The notes beneath the pieces are model-generated. The model did no database searches, was not told where the DNA came from, and saw only the letters and a program-made list of their open reading frames with translations. Shown here one piece after another: positions 12,061-23,590 of a DNA stretch of 64,000 nucleotides (the first letter of the stretch is position 1; every line of letters starts with the position of its first letter). Made by a program: the position numbers and the translations under genes. Source of the DNA: Eledone cirrhosa (taxonomy: Eukaryota); contig OZ024743.1 of assembly GCA_964016885.1 (NCBI GenBank), positions 138,942,001 to 139,006,000 on the forward strand, written 5' to 3'.

Positions 12061-14586
12061 TGATCCTTGGTGCTTGGTGTTTGGTGCTTGGTGCTTGGTG
12101 TTTGGTGTTTGGTGCTTGGTGCCTGGTGCTTGTTGTATGCTGTTTGGTGCTTGGTGCTTGGTGTTTGGTGTTTGCTGCTTGTTGTCTGGTGTTTGGTGCT
12201 TGGTGTTTGGTGTTTGGTGCTTGGTGCTTGGTGCTTGGTATTTGGTGTTTGGTGCTTGGTGCTTGGTGTTTGTTGTTTGGTGCTGGGTGCTTGGAGTTTG
12301 GTTCTTGGTGCTTGGTGCTTAGTGCTTGGTGTTTGGTGTTTGGTGCTTGGTGTTGGGTGTTTGGTGTTTGATGCTTGGTGTGTGCTGCTTGGTGCTTGGT
12401 GCTTGGTGTTTTTTGTTTGGTGCTTGGTGCTTGGTGCCTGGTGCTTGGTGCTTGGTGCTTGTTGTTTGGTGCTTGGTGCTTGGTGATTAGTGTTTGGTGC
12501 TTGGTGCTTGGGGTTTGCTGTTTGGTGCTTGGTGCTTGGTGTTTGGTGTTTGGTGTTTGGTGCTTGGTGTCTGGTGTTTGGTGTTTGGTGTTTGGTGCTT
12601 GGTGCTTGGTGTTTGGGTTTTGGTGCTTGGTGCTTGGTGTTTGGTGTTTGGTGCTTGGTGTTTGGTTCTTGGTGTTTGGTGCTGAGTGCTTGGTGTTTTG
12701 TGCTTGGTGCGTGGTGCTTGGTGTTTGGTGTTTGGCGCTTGGTGCTTGGTGTCTGGTGTTTGATGCTTGGTGTTTGATGCTTGTTGCTTGGTGCTTGGTG
12801 TTTTGTGTTTGGTGTTTCGTGCTTGGTGTATGTACTTGTTGCTTGGTTCTTGGTGTTTGGTGCTTGGTTCTTCGTGTTTGGTGATTGGTGCTTGGTGCTT
12901 GGTGTTTGGTGCTTGGTGCTTGGTGTTTGGTACTTGGTGCTTGGTGTTTGGTTTTTGATGCTTGGTGTTTGATGCTTGGTGCTTGGTGCTTGGTGTTTAA
13001 GTGTTTGGGGCTTGGTGCTTGGTGCATGGTGCTTGGTGTTTGGTGCTTGGTGCCTGGTGCTTGGTGTTTGGTGCTTGGTGATTGGTGCTTGGTGTTTGGT
13101 GCTTGGTATTTGGTGCTTGGTGCTTGGTGTTTGGTGCTTGGTGTTTGGTGCTTGGTGTTCGGTGCTTGGTGCTTGGTGTTTGGTGCTTGGTGTTAGGTGA
13201 TTGGTGCTTGGTGCTTGGTGTTTGATGTTTGATCCTTGGTGCTTGGTGTTTGGTGCTTGGTGCTTGGTGTTTGGTGTTTGGTGCTTGTTGCTTGCTGCTT
13301 GGTGTTTGGTGCTTGGTGATTGGTGCTTGGTGTTGGGTACTTGGTGCTTGTTGTTTGGTGTTTGGTGCTAGGTGCTTGGTGCTTGGTGCTTGGGGTTTGG
13401 TGCTTGGTGCTTGGTGTTTGGTGTTTGGTGCTTGGTGCTTGGGGCTTGGTGTTTGGTGCTTTGTGCTTGGTGCTTGGTGTTTGGTGCTTGGTGCTTGGTG
13501 CTTCGTGTTTGGTGTTTGGTGTTTGGTGTTTGGTGCTTGGTGTTTGGTGCTTGGTGCTTGGTGCTGGGTGGTTGGTGTTTGGTGCTTGGTGCTTGGTGTT
13601 TGGTGCTTGGTGGTTGGTGCTTGGGGTTTGGTGCTTGGTGCTTGGTGCTTGGTGCTTGGTCTTTGGTGCTTGGTGTTTGGTGTTTGGTGCTTGGTGCTTG
13701 GTGTTTGATGCTTGGTGCTTGGTGATTGGTGTTTGGTGCTTGGTGCTTGGTGCTTGGTGATTAGTGTTTGGTGCTTGGTGCTTGGTGCCTGGTGCTTGGT
13801 GCTTGGTGCGTGTTGTTTGATGCTTGGTGCTTGGTGATTAGTGTTTGGTGCTTGGTGCTTGGGGTTTGGTGTTTGGTGCTTGGGGTTTGGTGTTTGGTGC
13901 TTGGTGCTTGGTGTTTGCTGCTTGGTGCTTGGTGTTTGGTGCTTGGTGCTTTGTGTTTGATGCTTGGTGTTTGGTGCTTGGTGCTTGATGCTTGGTGCTT
14001 GGTGTTAGGTGTTTGGTGCTTGGTCCTTGGTGTTTGATGTTTGGTCCTTGGTGCTTGGTGTTTGGTGTTTGGTGCTTGGTGCTAGGTGTTTTGTGTGTGG
14101 TGCTTGCTGCTTGGTGCTTGGTGTTTTGTGTTCGGAGTTTGGTGATTGATGTTTGGTGCTTCTGTCTTGGTGCTTGGTGTTTGGTGTTTGGTGTTTGGTG
14201 TATGGTGCTTGGTGCTTGGTGTTTGGTGCTTGGTGCTTGGTGCTTGGTGTTTGGTGCATGGTGCTTGGTGTTTGGGGCTTGGTGCCTGGTGCTTTGTGTT
14301 TGGTGCTAGGTGCTTGGTGCTTGGTGTTAGGCGTTTGGTGCTTGGTGCTTGGTGTTTGATGTTTGGTCCTTGGTGCTTGGTGTTTGGTATTTGGTGCTTG
14401 GTGCTTGGTGTTTGGTGTTTGGTGCTTGCTGCTTGCTGCTTGGTGTTTGGTGCTTGGTGATTGGTGCTTGGTGTTTTGTGCTTGGTGCTTGGTGTTTGGT
14501 GTTTGGTGCTAGGGGCTTGGTGCTTGGTGCTTGGTGTTTGGTGCTTGGTGCTTGCTGTTTGGTGTTTGGTGCTTGGTGCGTGGGAC

Positions 14587-17500
14587 TTGGTGTTTGGTGC
14601 TTGGTGTTTGGTGCTTGGTGTTTGGTGCTTGGTGCTTGGTGCTTGGTGTTTGGTGTTTGGTGCTTGGTATTTGGTGATTGGTGCTTGGTGCTTGGTGTTT
14701 GGTGCTTGGTGCTTGGTGTTTGGTACTTGGTGCTTGGTGTTTGGTCTTTGGTGCTTGGTGTTTGGTGCTTGGTGCTTGGTGCTTGGTGCTTGGTCTTAAG
14801 TGTTTGGGGCTTGGTGCTTGGTGCATGGTGCTTGGTGTTTGGTGCTTGGTGCCTGGTGCTTGGTGTTTGTTGCTTGGTGCTTGGTGCTTTGTGTTTGGTG
14901 CTTGGTATTTGGTGCTTGGTGCTTGGTGTTTGGTGCTTGGTGTTTGGTGCTTGGTGTTCGGTGCTTGGTGCTTGGTGTTTGGCATTTGGTGCTTGGTGCT
15001 TGGTGTTTGGTGCTTGGTGCTTGGTGTTTGGTGTTTGGTGCTTGGTGCCTGGTGCTTGTTGTATGCTGTTTGGTGCTTGGTGCTTGGTGTTTGGTGTTTG
15101 CTGCTTGGTGTCTGGTGTTTGGTGCTTGGTGTTTGGTGTTTGGTGCTTTGTGCTTGGTGCTTGGCATTTGGTGTTTGGTGCTTGGTGCTTGGTGATTGTT
15201 GTTTGGTGCTGGGTGCTTGGAGTTTGGTGCTTGGTGCTTGGTGCTTAGTGCTTGGTGTTTGGTGTTTGGTGCTTGGTGTTGGGTGTTTGGTGTTTGATGC
15301 TTGGTGTGTGCTGCTTGGTGCTTGGTGCTTGGTGTTTTGTGTTTGGTGCTTGGTGCTTGGTGCCTGGTGCTTGGTGCTTGGTGCTTGTTGTTTGGTGCTT
15401 GGTGCTTGGTGATTAGTGTTTGGTGCTTGGTGCTTGGGGTTTGCTGTTTGGTGCTTGGTGCTTGGTGTTTGGTGCTTGGTGCTTGGTGTTGGGTGTTTGG
15501 TGCTTGGTGCTTGGTGTTTGGGTTTTGGTGCTTGGTGCTTGGTGTTTGGTGTTTGGTGCTTGGTGTTTGGTGCTGAGTGCTTGGTGTTTGGTGTTTGACG
15601 CTTGGTGTTTGATGCTTGTTGCTTGGTGCTTGGTGTTTTGTGTTTGGTGTTTGGTGATTGGTGTATGTACTTGGTGCTTGGTTCTTGGTGTTTGGTGCTT
15701 GGTTCTTGGTGTTTGGTGATTGGTGCTTGGAGCTTGGTGTTTGGTGCTTGGTGCTTGGTGTTTGGTACTTGGTGCTTGGTGTTTGGTTTTTGATGCTTGG
15801 TGTTTGATGCTTGGTGCTTGGTACTTGGTGTTAAGTGTTTGGGGCTTGGTGCTTGGTGCATGGTGCTTCGTGTTTGTTGCTTGGTGCCTGGTGCTTGGTG
15901 TTTGGTGCTTGGTTCTTGGTGCTTGGTGTTTGGTGCTTGGTATTTGGTGCTTGGTTCTTGGTGTTTGGTGCTTGGTGTTTGGTGCTTGGTGTTCGGTGCT
16001 TGGTGCTTGGTGTTTGGTGCTTGGTGTTAGGTGATTGGTGCTTGGTGCTTGGTGTTTGATGTTTGATCCTTGGTGCTTGGTGTTTGGTGCTTGGTGCTTG
16101 GTGTTTGGTGTTTGGTGCTTGCTGCTTGCTGCTTGGTGTTTGGTGCTTGGTGATTGGTGCTTGGTGTTGGGTACTTGGTGCTTGTTGTTTGGTGTTTGGT
16201 GCTAGGTGCTTGGTGCTTGGTGCTTGGGGTTTGGTGCTTGGTGCTTGGTGTTTGGTGTTTGGTGCTTGGTGCTTGGGGCTTGGTGTTTGGTGCTTTGTGC
16301 TTGGTGCTTGTTGTTTGGTGCTTGGTGCTTGGTGCTTCGTGTTTGGTGTTTGGTGTTTGGTGCTTGGTGTTTGGTGCTTGGTGGTTGGTGCTGGGTGGTT
16401 GGTGTTTGGTGCTTGGTGCTTGGTGTTTGGTGCTTGGTGCTTGGTGCTTGTTGTTTGGTGCTTGGTGCTTGGTGCTTGGTCTTTGGTGCTTGGAGTTTGG
16501 TGGTTGGTGCTTGGTGCTTGGTGTTTGGTGTTTGGTGTTTGCTGTTTGGTGTTTGCTGTTTGGTGTCTGCTTTTTGGTGTTTGGTGTTTGCTGTATGGTG
16601 TTTGCTGTTTCGTATTTGGTTTTTGCTGTTTGGTGTTTGGTGTTTGCTGTTTGGTGTTTGGTGTTTGGTGTTTGGTGCTTTGTGCTTGGTGCTTGGTGTT
16701 TGGTGTTTGGTGCTTGGTGCTTGGTGTTTGGTGCTTGGTGCTTGGTGTTTGGTGTTTGGTGCTTGGTGCCTGGTGCTTGTTGTATGCTGTTTGGTGCCTG
16801 GTGCTTGGTGTTTGGTGTTTGGTGTTTGGTGCTTGGTGTCTGGTGTTTGGTGTTTGGTGTTTGGTGCTTGGTGCTTGGTGTTTGGGTTTTGGTGCTTGGT
16901 GCTTGGTGTTTGGTGTTTGGTGTTTGGTGCTTGGTGTTTGGTGCTTGGTGTTTGGTGCTGAGTGCTTGGTGTTTTGTGCTTGGTGCGTGGTGCTTGGTGT
17001 TTGGTGTTTGGTGCTTGGTGCTTGGTGTTTGGTGTTTGATGCTTGGTGTTTGATGCTTGTTGCTTGGTGCTTGGTGTTTTGTGTTTGGTGTTTGGTGCTT
17101 GGTGTATGTACTTGGTGCTTGGTTCTTGGTGTTTGGTGCTTGGTTCTTGGTGTTTGGTGATTGGTGTTTGGTGCTTGGTGTTTGGTGCTTGGTGTTTGGT
17201 GCTTGGTGCTTGGTGCTTGGTGTTTGGTGTTTGGTGCTTGGTATTTGGTGATTGGTGCTTGGTGCTTGGTGTTTGGTGCTTGGTGCTTGGTGTTTGGTAC
17301 TTGGTGCTTGGTGTTTGGTCTTTGGTGCTTGGTGTTTGGTGCTTGGTGCTTGGTGCTTGGTGCTTGGTCTTAAGTGTTTGGGGCTTGGTGCTTGGTGCAT
17401 GGTGCTTGGTGTTTGGTGCTTGGTGCCTGGTGCTTGGTGTTTGTTGCTTGGTGCTTGGTGCTTTGTGTTTGGTGCTTGGTATTTGGTGCTTGGTGCTTGG

Positions 17501-19734
17501 TGTTTGGTGCTTGGTGTTTGGTGCTTGGTGTTCGGTGCTTGGTGCTTGGTGTTTGGCATTTGGTGCTTGGTGCTTGGTGTTTGGTGCTTGGTGCTTGGTG
17601 TTTGGTGTTTGGTGCTTGGTGCCTGGTGCTTGTTGTATGCTGTTTGGTGCTTGGTGCTTGGTGTTTGGTGTTTGCTGCTTGGTGTCTGGTGTTTGGTGCT
17701 TGGTGTTTGGTGTTTGGTGCTTTGTGCTTGGTGCTTGGCATTTGGTGTTTGGTGCTTGGTGCTTGGTGATTGTTGTTTGGTGCTGGGTGCTTGGAGTTTG
17801 GTGCTTGGTGCTTGGTGCTTAGTGCTTGGTGTTTGGTGTTTGGTGCTTGGTGTTGGGTGTTTGGTGTTTGATGCTTGGTGTGTGCTGCTTGGTGCTTGGT
17901 GCTTGGTGTTTTGTGTTTGGTGCTTGGTGCTTGGTGCCTGGTGCTTGGTGCTTGGTGCTTGTTGTTTGGTGCTTGGTGCTTGGTGATTAGTGTTTGGTGC
18001 TTGGTGCTTGGGGTTTGCTGTTTGGTGCTTGGTGCTTGGTGTTTGGTGCTTGGTGCTTGGTGTTGGGTGTTTGGTGCTTGGTGCTTGGTGTTTGGGTTTT
18101 GGTGCTTGGTGCTTGGTGTTTGGTGTTTGGTGCTTGGTGTTTGGTGCTGAGTGCTTGGTGTTTGGTGTTTGACGCTTGGTGTTTGATGCTTGTTGCTTGG
18201 TGCTTGGTGTTTTGTGTTTGGTGTTTGGTGATTGGTGTATGTACTTGGTGCTTGGTTCTTGGTGTTTGGTGCTTGGTTCTTGGTGTTTGGTGATTGGTGC
18301 TTGGAGCTTGGTGTTTGGTGCTTGGTGCTTGGTGTTTGGTACTTGGTGCTTGGTGTTTGGTTTTTGATGCTTGGTGTTTGATGCTTGGTGCTTGGTACTT
18401 GGTGTTAAGTGTTTGGGGCTTGGTGCTTGGTGCATGGTGCTTCGTGTTTGTTGCTTGGTGCCTGGTGCTTGGTGTTTGGTGCTTGGTTCTTGGTGCTTGG
18501 TGTTTGGTGCTTGGTATTTGGTGCTTGGTTCTTGGTGTTTGGTGCTTGGTGTTTGGTGCTTGGTGTTCGGTGCTTGGTGCTTGGTGTTTGGTGCTTGGTG
18601 TTAGGTGATTGGTGCTTGGTGCTTGGTGTTTGATGTTTGATCCTTGGTGCTTGGTGTTTGGTGCTTGGTGCTTGGTGTTTGGTGTTTGGTGCTTGCTGCT
18701 TGCTGCTTGGTGTTTGGTGCTTGGTGATTGGTGCTTGGTGTTGGGTACTTGGTGCTTGTTGTTTGGTGTTTGGTGCTAGGTGCTTGGTGCTTGGTGCTTG
18801 GGGTTTGGTGCTTGGTGCTTGGTGTTTGGTGTTTGGTGCTTGGTGCTTGGGGCTTGGTGTTTGGTGCTTTGTGCTTGGTGCTTGTTGTTTGGTGCTTGGT
18901 GCTTGGTGCTTCGTGTTTGGTGTTTGGTGTTTGGTGCTTGGTGTTTGGTGCTTGGTGGTTGGTGCTGGGTGGTTGGTGTTTGGTGCTTGGTGCTTGGTGT
19001 TTGGTGCTTGGTGCTTGGTGCTTGTTGTTTGGTGCTTGGTGCTTGGTGCTTGGTCTTTGGTGCTTGGAGTTTGGTGGTTGGTGCTTGGTGCTTGGTGTTT
19101 GGTGTTTGGTGTTTGCTGTTTGGTGTTTGCTGTTTGGTGTCTGCTTTTTGGTGTTTGGTGTTTGCTGTATGGTGTTTGCTGTTTCGTATTTGGTTTTTGC
19201 TGTTTGGTGTTTGGTGTTTGCTGTTTGGTGTTTGGTGTTTGGTGTTTGGTGCTTTGTGCTTGGTGCTTGGTGTTTGGTGTTTGGTGCTTGGTGCTTGGTG
19301 TTTGGTGCTTGGTGCTTGGTGTTTGGTGTTTGGTGCTTGGTGCCTGGTGCTTGTTGTATGCTGTTTGGTGCCTGGTGCTTGGTGTTTGGTGTTTGGTGTT
19401 TGGTGCTTGGTGTCTGGTGTTTGGTGTTTGGTGTTTGGTGCTTGGTGCTTGGTGTTTGGGTTTTGGTGCTTGGTGCTTGGTGTTTGGTGTTTGGTGTTTG
19501 GTGCTTGGTGTTTGGTGCTTGGTGTTTGGTGCTGAGTGCTTGGTGTTTTGTGCTTGGTGCGTGGTGCTTGGTGTTTGGTGTTTGGTGCTTGGTGCTTGGT
19601 GTTTGGTGTTTGATGCTTGGTGTTTGATGCTTGTTGCTTGGTGCTTGGTGTTTTGTGTTTGGTGTTTGGTGCTTGGTGTATGTACTTGGTGCTTGGTTCT
19701 TGGTGTTTGGTGCTTGGTTCTTGGTGTTTGGTGA
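14587..19734. repeat. 2574-bp near-identical tandem duplication (14587-17160 / 17161-19734)
   Basis: Identical translations at constant offset 2574 (14678/17252, 15301/17875, 15720/18294, 16063/18637). Shared private variants include TTGGAGC (~15727/18301), TTGGTGA one unit before ATGTAC, and TTCGTGT-TTGTTGC. Confidence 0.92.
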
Positions 19735-22700
19735 TTGGTGCTTGGGGCTTGGTGTTTGGTGCTTGGTGCTTGGTGTTTGGTACTTGGTGCTTGGTGTTTG
19801 GTTTTTGATGCTTGGTGTTTGATGCTTGGTGCTTGGTGCTTGGTGTTAAGTGTATGGGGCTTGGTGCTTGTTGCATGGTGCTTGGTGTTTGGTGCTTGGT
19901 GCCTGGTGCTTGGTGTTTGGTGCTTGGTGCTTGGTGCTTGGTGTTTGGTGCTTGGTATTTGGTGCTTGGTGCTTGGTGTTTGTTGCTTGGTGTTTGGTGC
20001 TTGCTGTTCGGTGCTTGGTGCTTGGTGTTTGGTGCTTGGTGTTAGGTGATTGGTGCTTGGTGCTTGGTGTTTTATGTTTGATCCTTGGTGCTTGGTGTTT
20101 GGTGCTTGGTGCTTGGTGTTTGGTGTTTGGTGCTTGGTGCCTGGTGCTTGTTGTATGCTGTTTGGTGCTTGGTGCTTGGTGTTTGGTGTTTGCTGCTTGT
20201 TGTCTGGTGTTTGGTGCTTGGTGTTTGGTGTTTGGTGCTTGGTGCTTGGTGCTTGGTATTTGGTGTTTGGTGCTTGGTGCTTGGTGTTTGGTGTTTGGTG
20301 CTTGCTGCTTGCTGCTTGGTGTTTGGTGCTTGGTGATTGGTGCTTGGTGTTTTGTGCTTGGTGCTTGGTGTTTGGTGTTTGGTGCTAGGGGCTTGGTGCT
20401 TGGTGCTTGGTGTTTGGTGCTTGGTGCTTGCTGTTTGGTGTTTGGTGCTTGGTGCGTGGGACTTGGTGTTTGGTGCTTGGTGTTTGGTGCTTGGTGTTTG
20501 GTGCTTGGTGCTTGGTGCTTGGTGTTTGGTGTTTGGTGCTTGGTATTTGGTGATTGGTGCTTGGTGCTTGGTGTTTGGTGCTTGGTGCTTGGTGTTTGGT
20601 ACTTGGTGCTTGGTGTTTGGTCTTTGGTGCTTGGTGTTTGGTGCTTGGTGCTTGGTGCTTGGTGCTTGGTCTTAAGTGTTTGGGGCTTGGTGCTTGGTGC
20701 ATGGTGCTTGGTGTTTGGTGCTTGGTGCCTGGTGCTTGGTGTTTGTTGCTTGGTGCTTGGTGCTTTGTGTTTGGTGCTTGGTATTTGGTGCTTGGTGCTT
20801 GGTGTTTGGTGCTTGGTGTTTGGTGCTTGGTGTTCGGTGCTTGGTGCTTGGTGTTTGGCATTTGGTGCTTGGTGCTTGGTGTTTGGTGCTTGGTGCTTGG
20901 TGTTTGGTGTTTGGTGCTTGGTGCCTGGTGCTTGTTGTATGCTGTTTGGTGCTTGGTGCTTGGTGTTTGGTGTTTGCTGCTTGGTGTCTGGTGTTTGGTG
21001 CTTGGTGTTTGGTGTTTGGTGCTTGGTGCTTGGTGCTTGGCATTTGGTGTTTGGTGCTTGGTGCTTGGTGATTGTTGTTTGGTGCTGGGTGCTTGGAGTT
21101 TGGTGCTTGGTGCTTGGTGCTTAGTGCTTGGTGTTTGGTGTTTGGTGCTTGGTGTTGGGTGTTTGGTGTTTGATGCTTGGTGTGTGCTGCTTGGTGCTTG
21201 GTGCTTGGTGTTTTGTGTTTGGTGCTTGGTGCTTGGTGCCTGGTGCTTGGTGCTTGGTGCTTGTTGTTTGGTGCTTGGTGCTTGGTGATTAGTGTTTGGT
21301 GCTTGGTGCTTGGGGTTTGCTGTTTGGTGCTTGGTGCTTGGTGTTTGGTGCTTGGTGCTTGGTGTTGGGTGTTTGGTGCTTGGTGCTTGGTGTTTGGGTT
21401 TTGGTGCTTGGTGCTTGGTGTTTGGTGTTTGGTGCTTGGTGTTTGGTGCTGAGTGCTTGGTGTTTGGTGTTTGACGCTTGGTGTTTGATGCTTGTTGCTT
21501 GGTGCTTGGTGTTTTGTGTTTGGTGTTTGGTGCTTGGTGTATGTACTTGGTGCTTGGTTCTTGGTGTTTGGTGCTTGGTTCTTGGTGTTTGGTGATTGGT
21601 GCTTGGTGCTTGGTGTTTGGTGCTTGGTGCTTGGTGTTTGGTACTTGGTGCTTGGTGTTTGGTTTTTGATGCTTGGTGTTTGATGCTTGGTGCTTGGTGC
21701 TTGGTGTTAAGTGTTTGGGGCTTGGTGCTTGGTGCATGGTGCTTGGTGTTTGTTGCTTGGTGCCTGGTGCTTGGTGTTTGGTGCTTGGTTCTTGGTGCTT
21801 GGTGTTTGGTGCTTGGTATTTGGTGCTTGGTGCTTGGTGTTTGGTGCTTGGTGTTTGGTGCTTGGTGTTCGGTGCTTGGTGCTTGGTGTTTGGTGCTTGG
21901 TGTTAGGTGATTGGTGCTTGGTGCTTGGTGTTTGATGTTTGATCCTTGGTGCTTGGTGTTTGGTGCTTGGTGCTTGGTGTTTGGTGTTTGGTGCTTGCTG
22001 CTTGCTGCTTGGTGTTTGGTGCTTGGTGATTGGTGCTTGGTGTTGGGTACTTGGTGCTTGTTGTTTGGTGTTTGGTGCTAGGTGCTTGGTGCTTGGTGCT
22101 TGGGGTTTGGTGCTTGGTGCTTGGTGTTTGGTGTTTGGTGCTTGGTGCTTGGGGCTTGGTGTTTGTTGCTTTGTGCTTGGTGCTTGTTGTTTGGTGCTTG
22201 GTGCTTGGTGCTTCGTGTTTGGTGTTTGGTGTTTGGTGCTTGGTGTTTGGTGCTTGGTGGTTGGTGCTGGGTGGTTGGTGTTTGGTGCTTGGTGCTTGGT
22301 GTTTGGTGCTTGGTGCTTGGTGCTTGTTGTTTGGTGCTTGGTGCTTGGTGCTTGGTCTTTGGTGCTTGGAGTTTGGTGGTTGGTGCTTGGTGCTTGGTGT
22401 TTGGTGTTTGGTGTTTGCTGTTTGGTGTTTGCTGTTTGGTGTCTGCTTTTTGGTGTTTGGTGTTTGCTGTATGGTGTTTGCTGTTTCGTATTTGGTTTTT
22501 GCTGTTTGGTGTTTGGTGTTTGCTGTTTGGTGTTTGGTGTTTGGTGTTTGGTGCTTTGTGCTTGGTGCTTGGTGTTTGGTGTTTGGTGCTTGGTGCTTGG
22601 TGTTTGGTGCTTGGTGCTTGGTGTTTGGTGTTTGGTGCTTGGTGCCTGGTGCTTGTTGTATGCTGTTTGGTGCCTGGTGCTTGGTGTTTGGTGTTTGGTG

Positions 22701-23590
22701 TTTGGTGCTTGGTGTCTGGTGTTTGGTGTTTGGTGTTTGGTGCTTGGTGCTTGGTGTTTGGGTTTTGGTGCTTGGTGCTTGGTGTTTGGTGTTTGGTGTT
22801 TGGTGCTTGGTGTTTGGTGCTTGGTGTTTGGTGCTGAGTGCTTGGTGTTTTGTGCTTGGTGCGTGGTGCTTGGTGTTTGGTGTTTGGTGCTTGGTGCTTG
22901 GTGTTTGGTGTTTGATGCTTGGTGTTTGATGCTTGTTGCTTGGTGCTTGGTGTTTTGTGTTTGGTGTTTGGTGCTTGGTGTATGTACTTGGTGCTTGGTT
23001 CTTGGTGTTTGGTGCTTGGTTCTTGGTGTTTGGTGATTGGTGCTTGGGGCTTGGTGTTTGGTGCTTGGTGCTTGGTGTTTGGTACTTGGTGCTTGGTGTT
23101 TGGTTTTTGATGCTTGGTGTTTGATGCTTGGTGCTTGGTGCTTGGTGTTAAGTGTTTGGGGCTTGGTGCTTGTTGCATGGTGCTTGGTGTTTGGTGCTTG
23201 GTGCCTGGTGCTTGGTGTTTGGTGCTTGGTGCTTGGTGCTTGGTGTTTGGTGCTTGGTATTTGGTGCTTGGTGCTTGGTGTTTGGTGCTTGGTGTTTGGT
23301 GCTTGCTGTTCGGTGCTTGGTGCTTGGTGTTTGGTGCTTGGTGTTAGGTGATTGGTGCTTGGTGCTTGGTGTTTTATGTTTGATCCTTGGTGCTTGGTGT
23401 TTGGTGCTTGGTGCTTGGTGTTTGGTGTTTGGTGCTTGGTGCCTGGTGCTTGTTGTATGCTGTTTGGTGCTTGGTGCTTGGTGTTTGGTGTTTGCTGCTT
23501 GTTGTCTGGTGTTTGGTGCTTGGTGTTTGGTGTTTGGTGCTTGGTGCTTGGTGCTTGGTATTTGGTGTTTGGTGCTTGGTGCTTGGTGTT
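17161..23590. repeat. Further related copy at offset 3302 (~17161-20290 / ~20463-23590)
   Basis: ORF pairs 17252/20554, 17875/21177, 18637/21939, 19617/22919 and 20050/23352 all differ by 3302, with a few substitutions. Confidence 0.85.
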
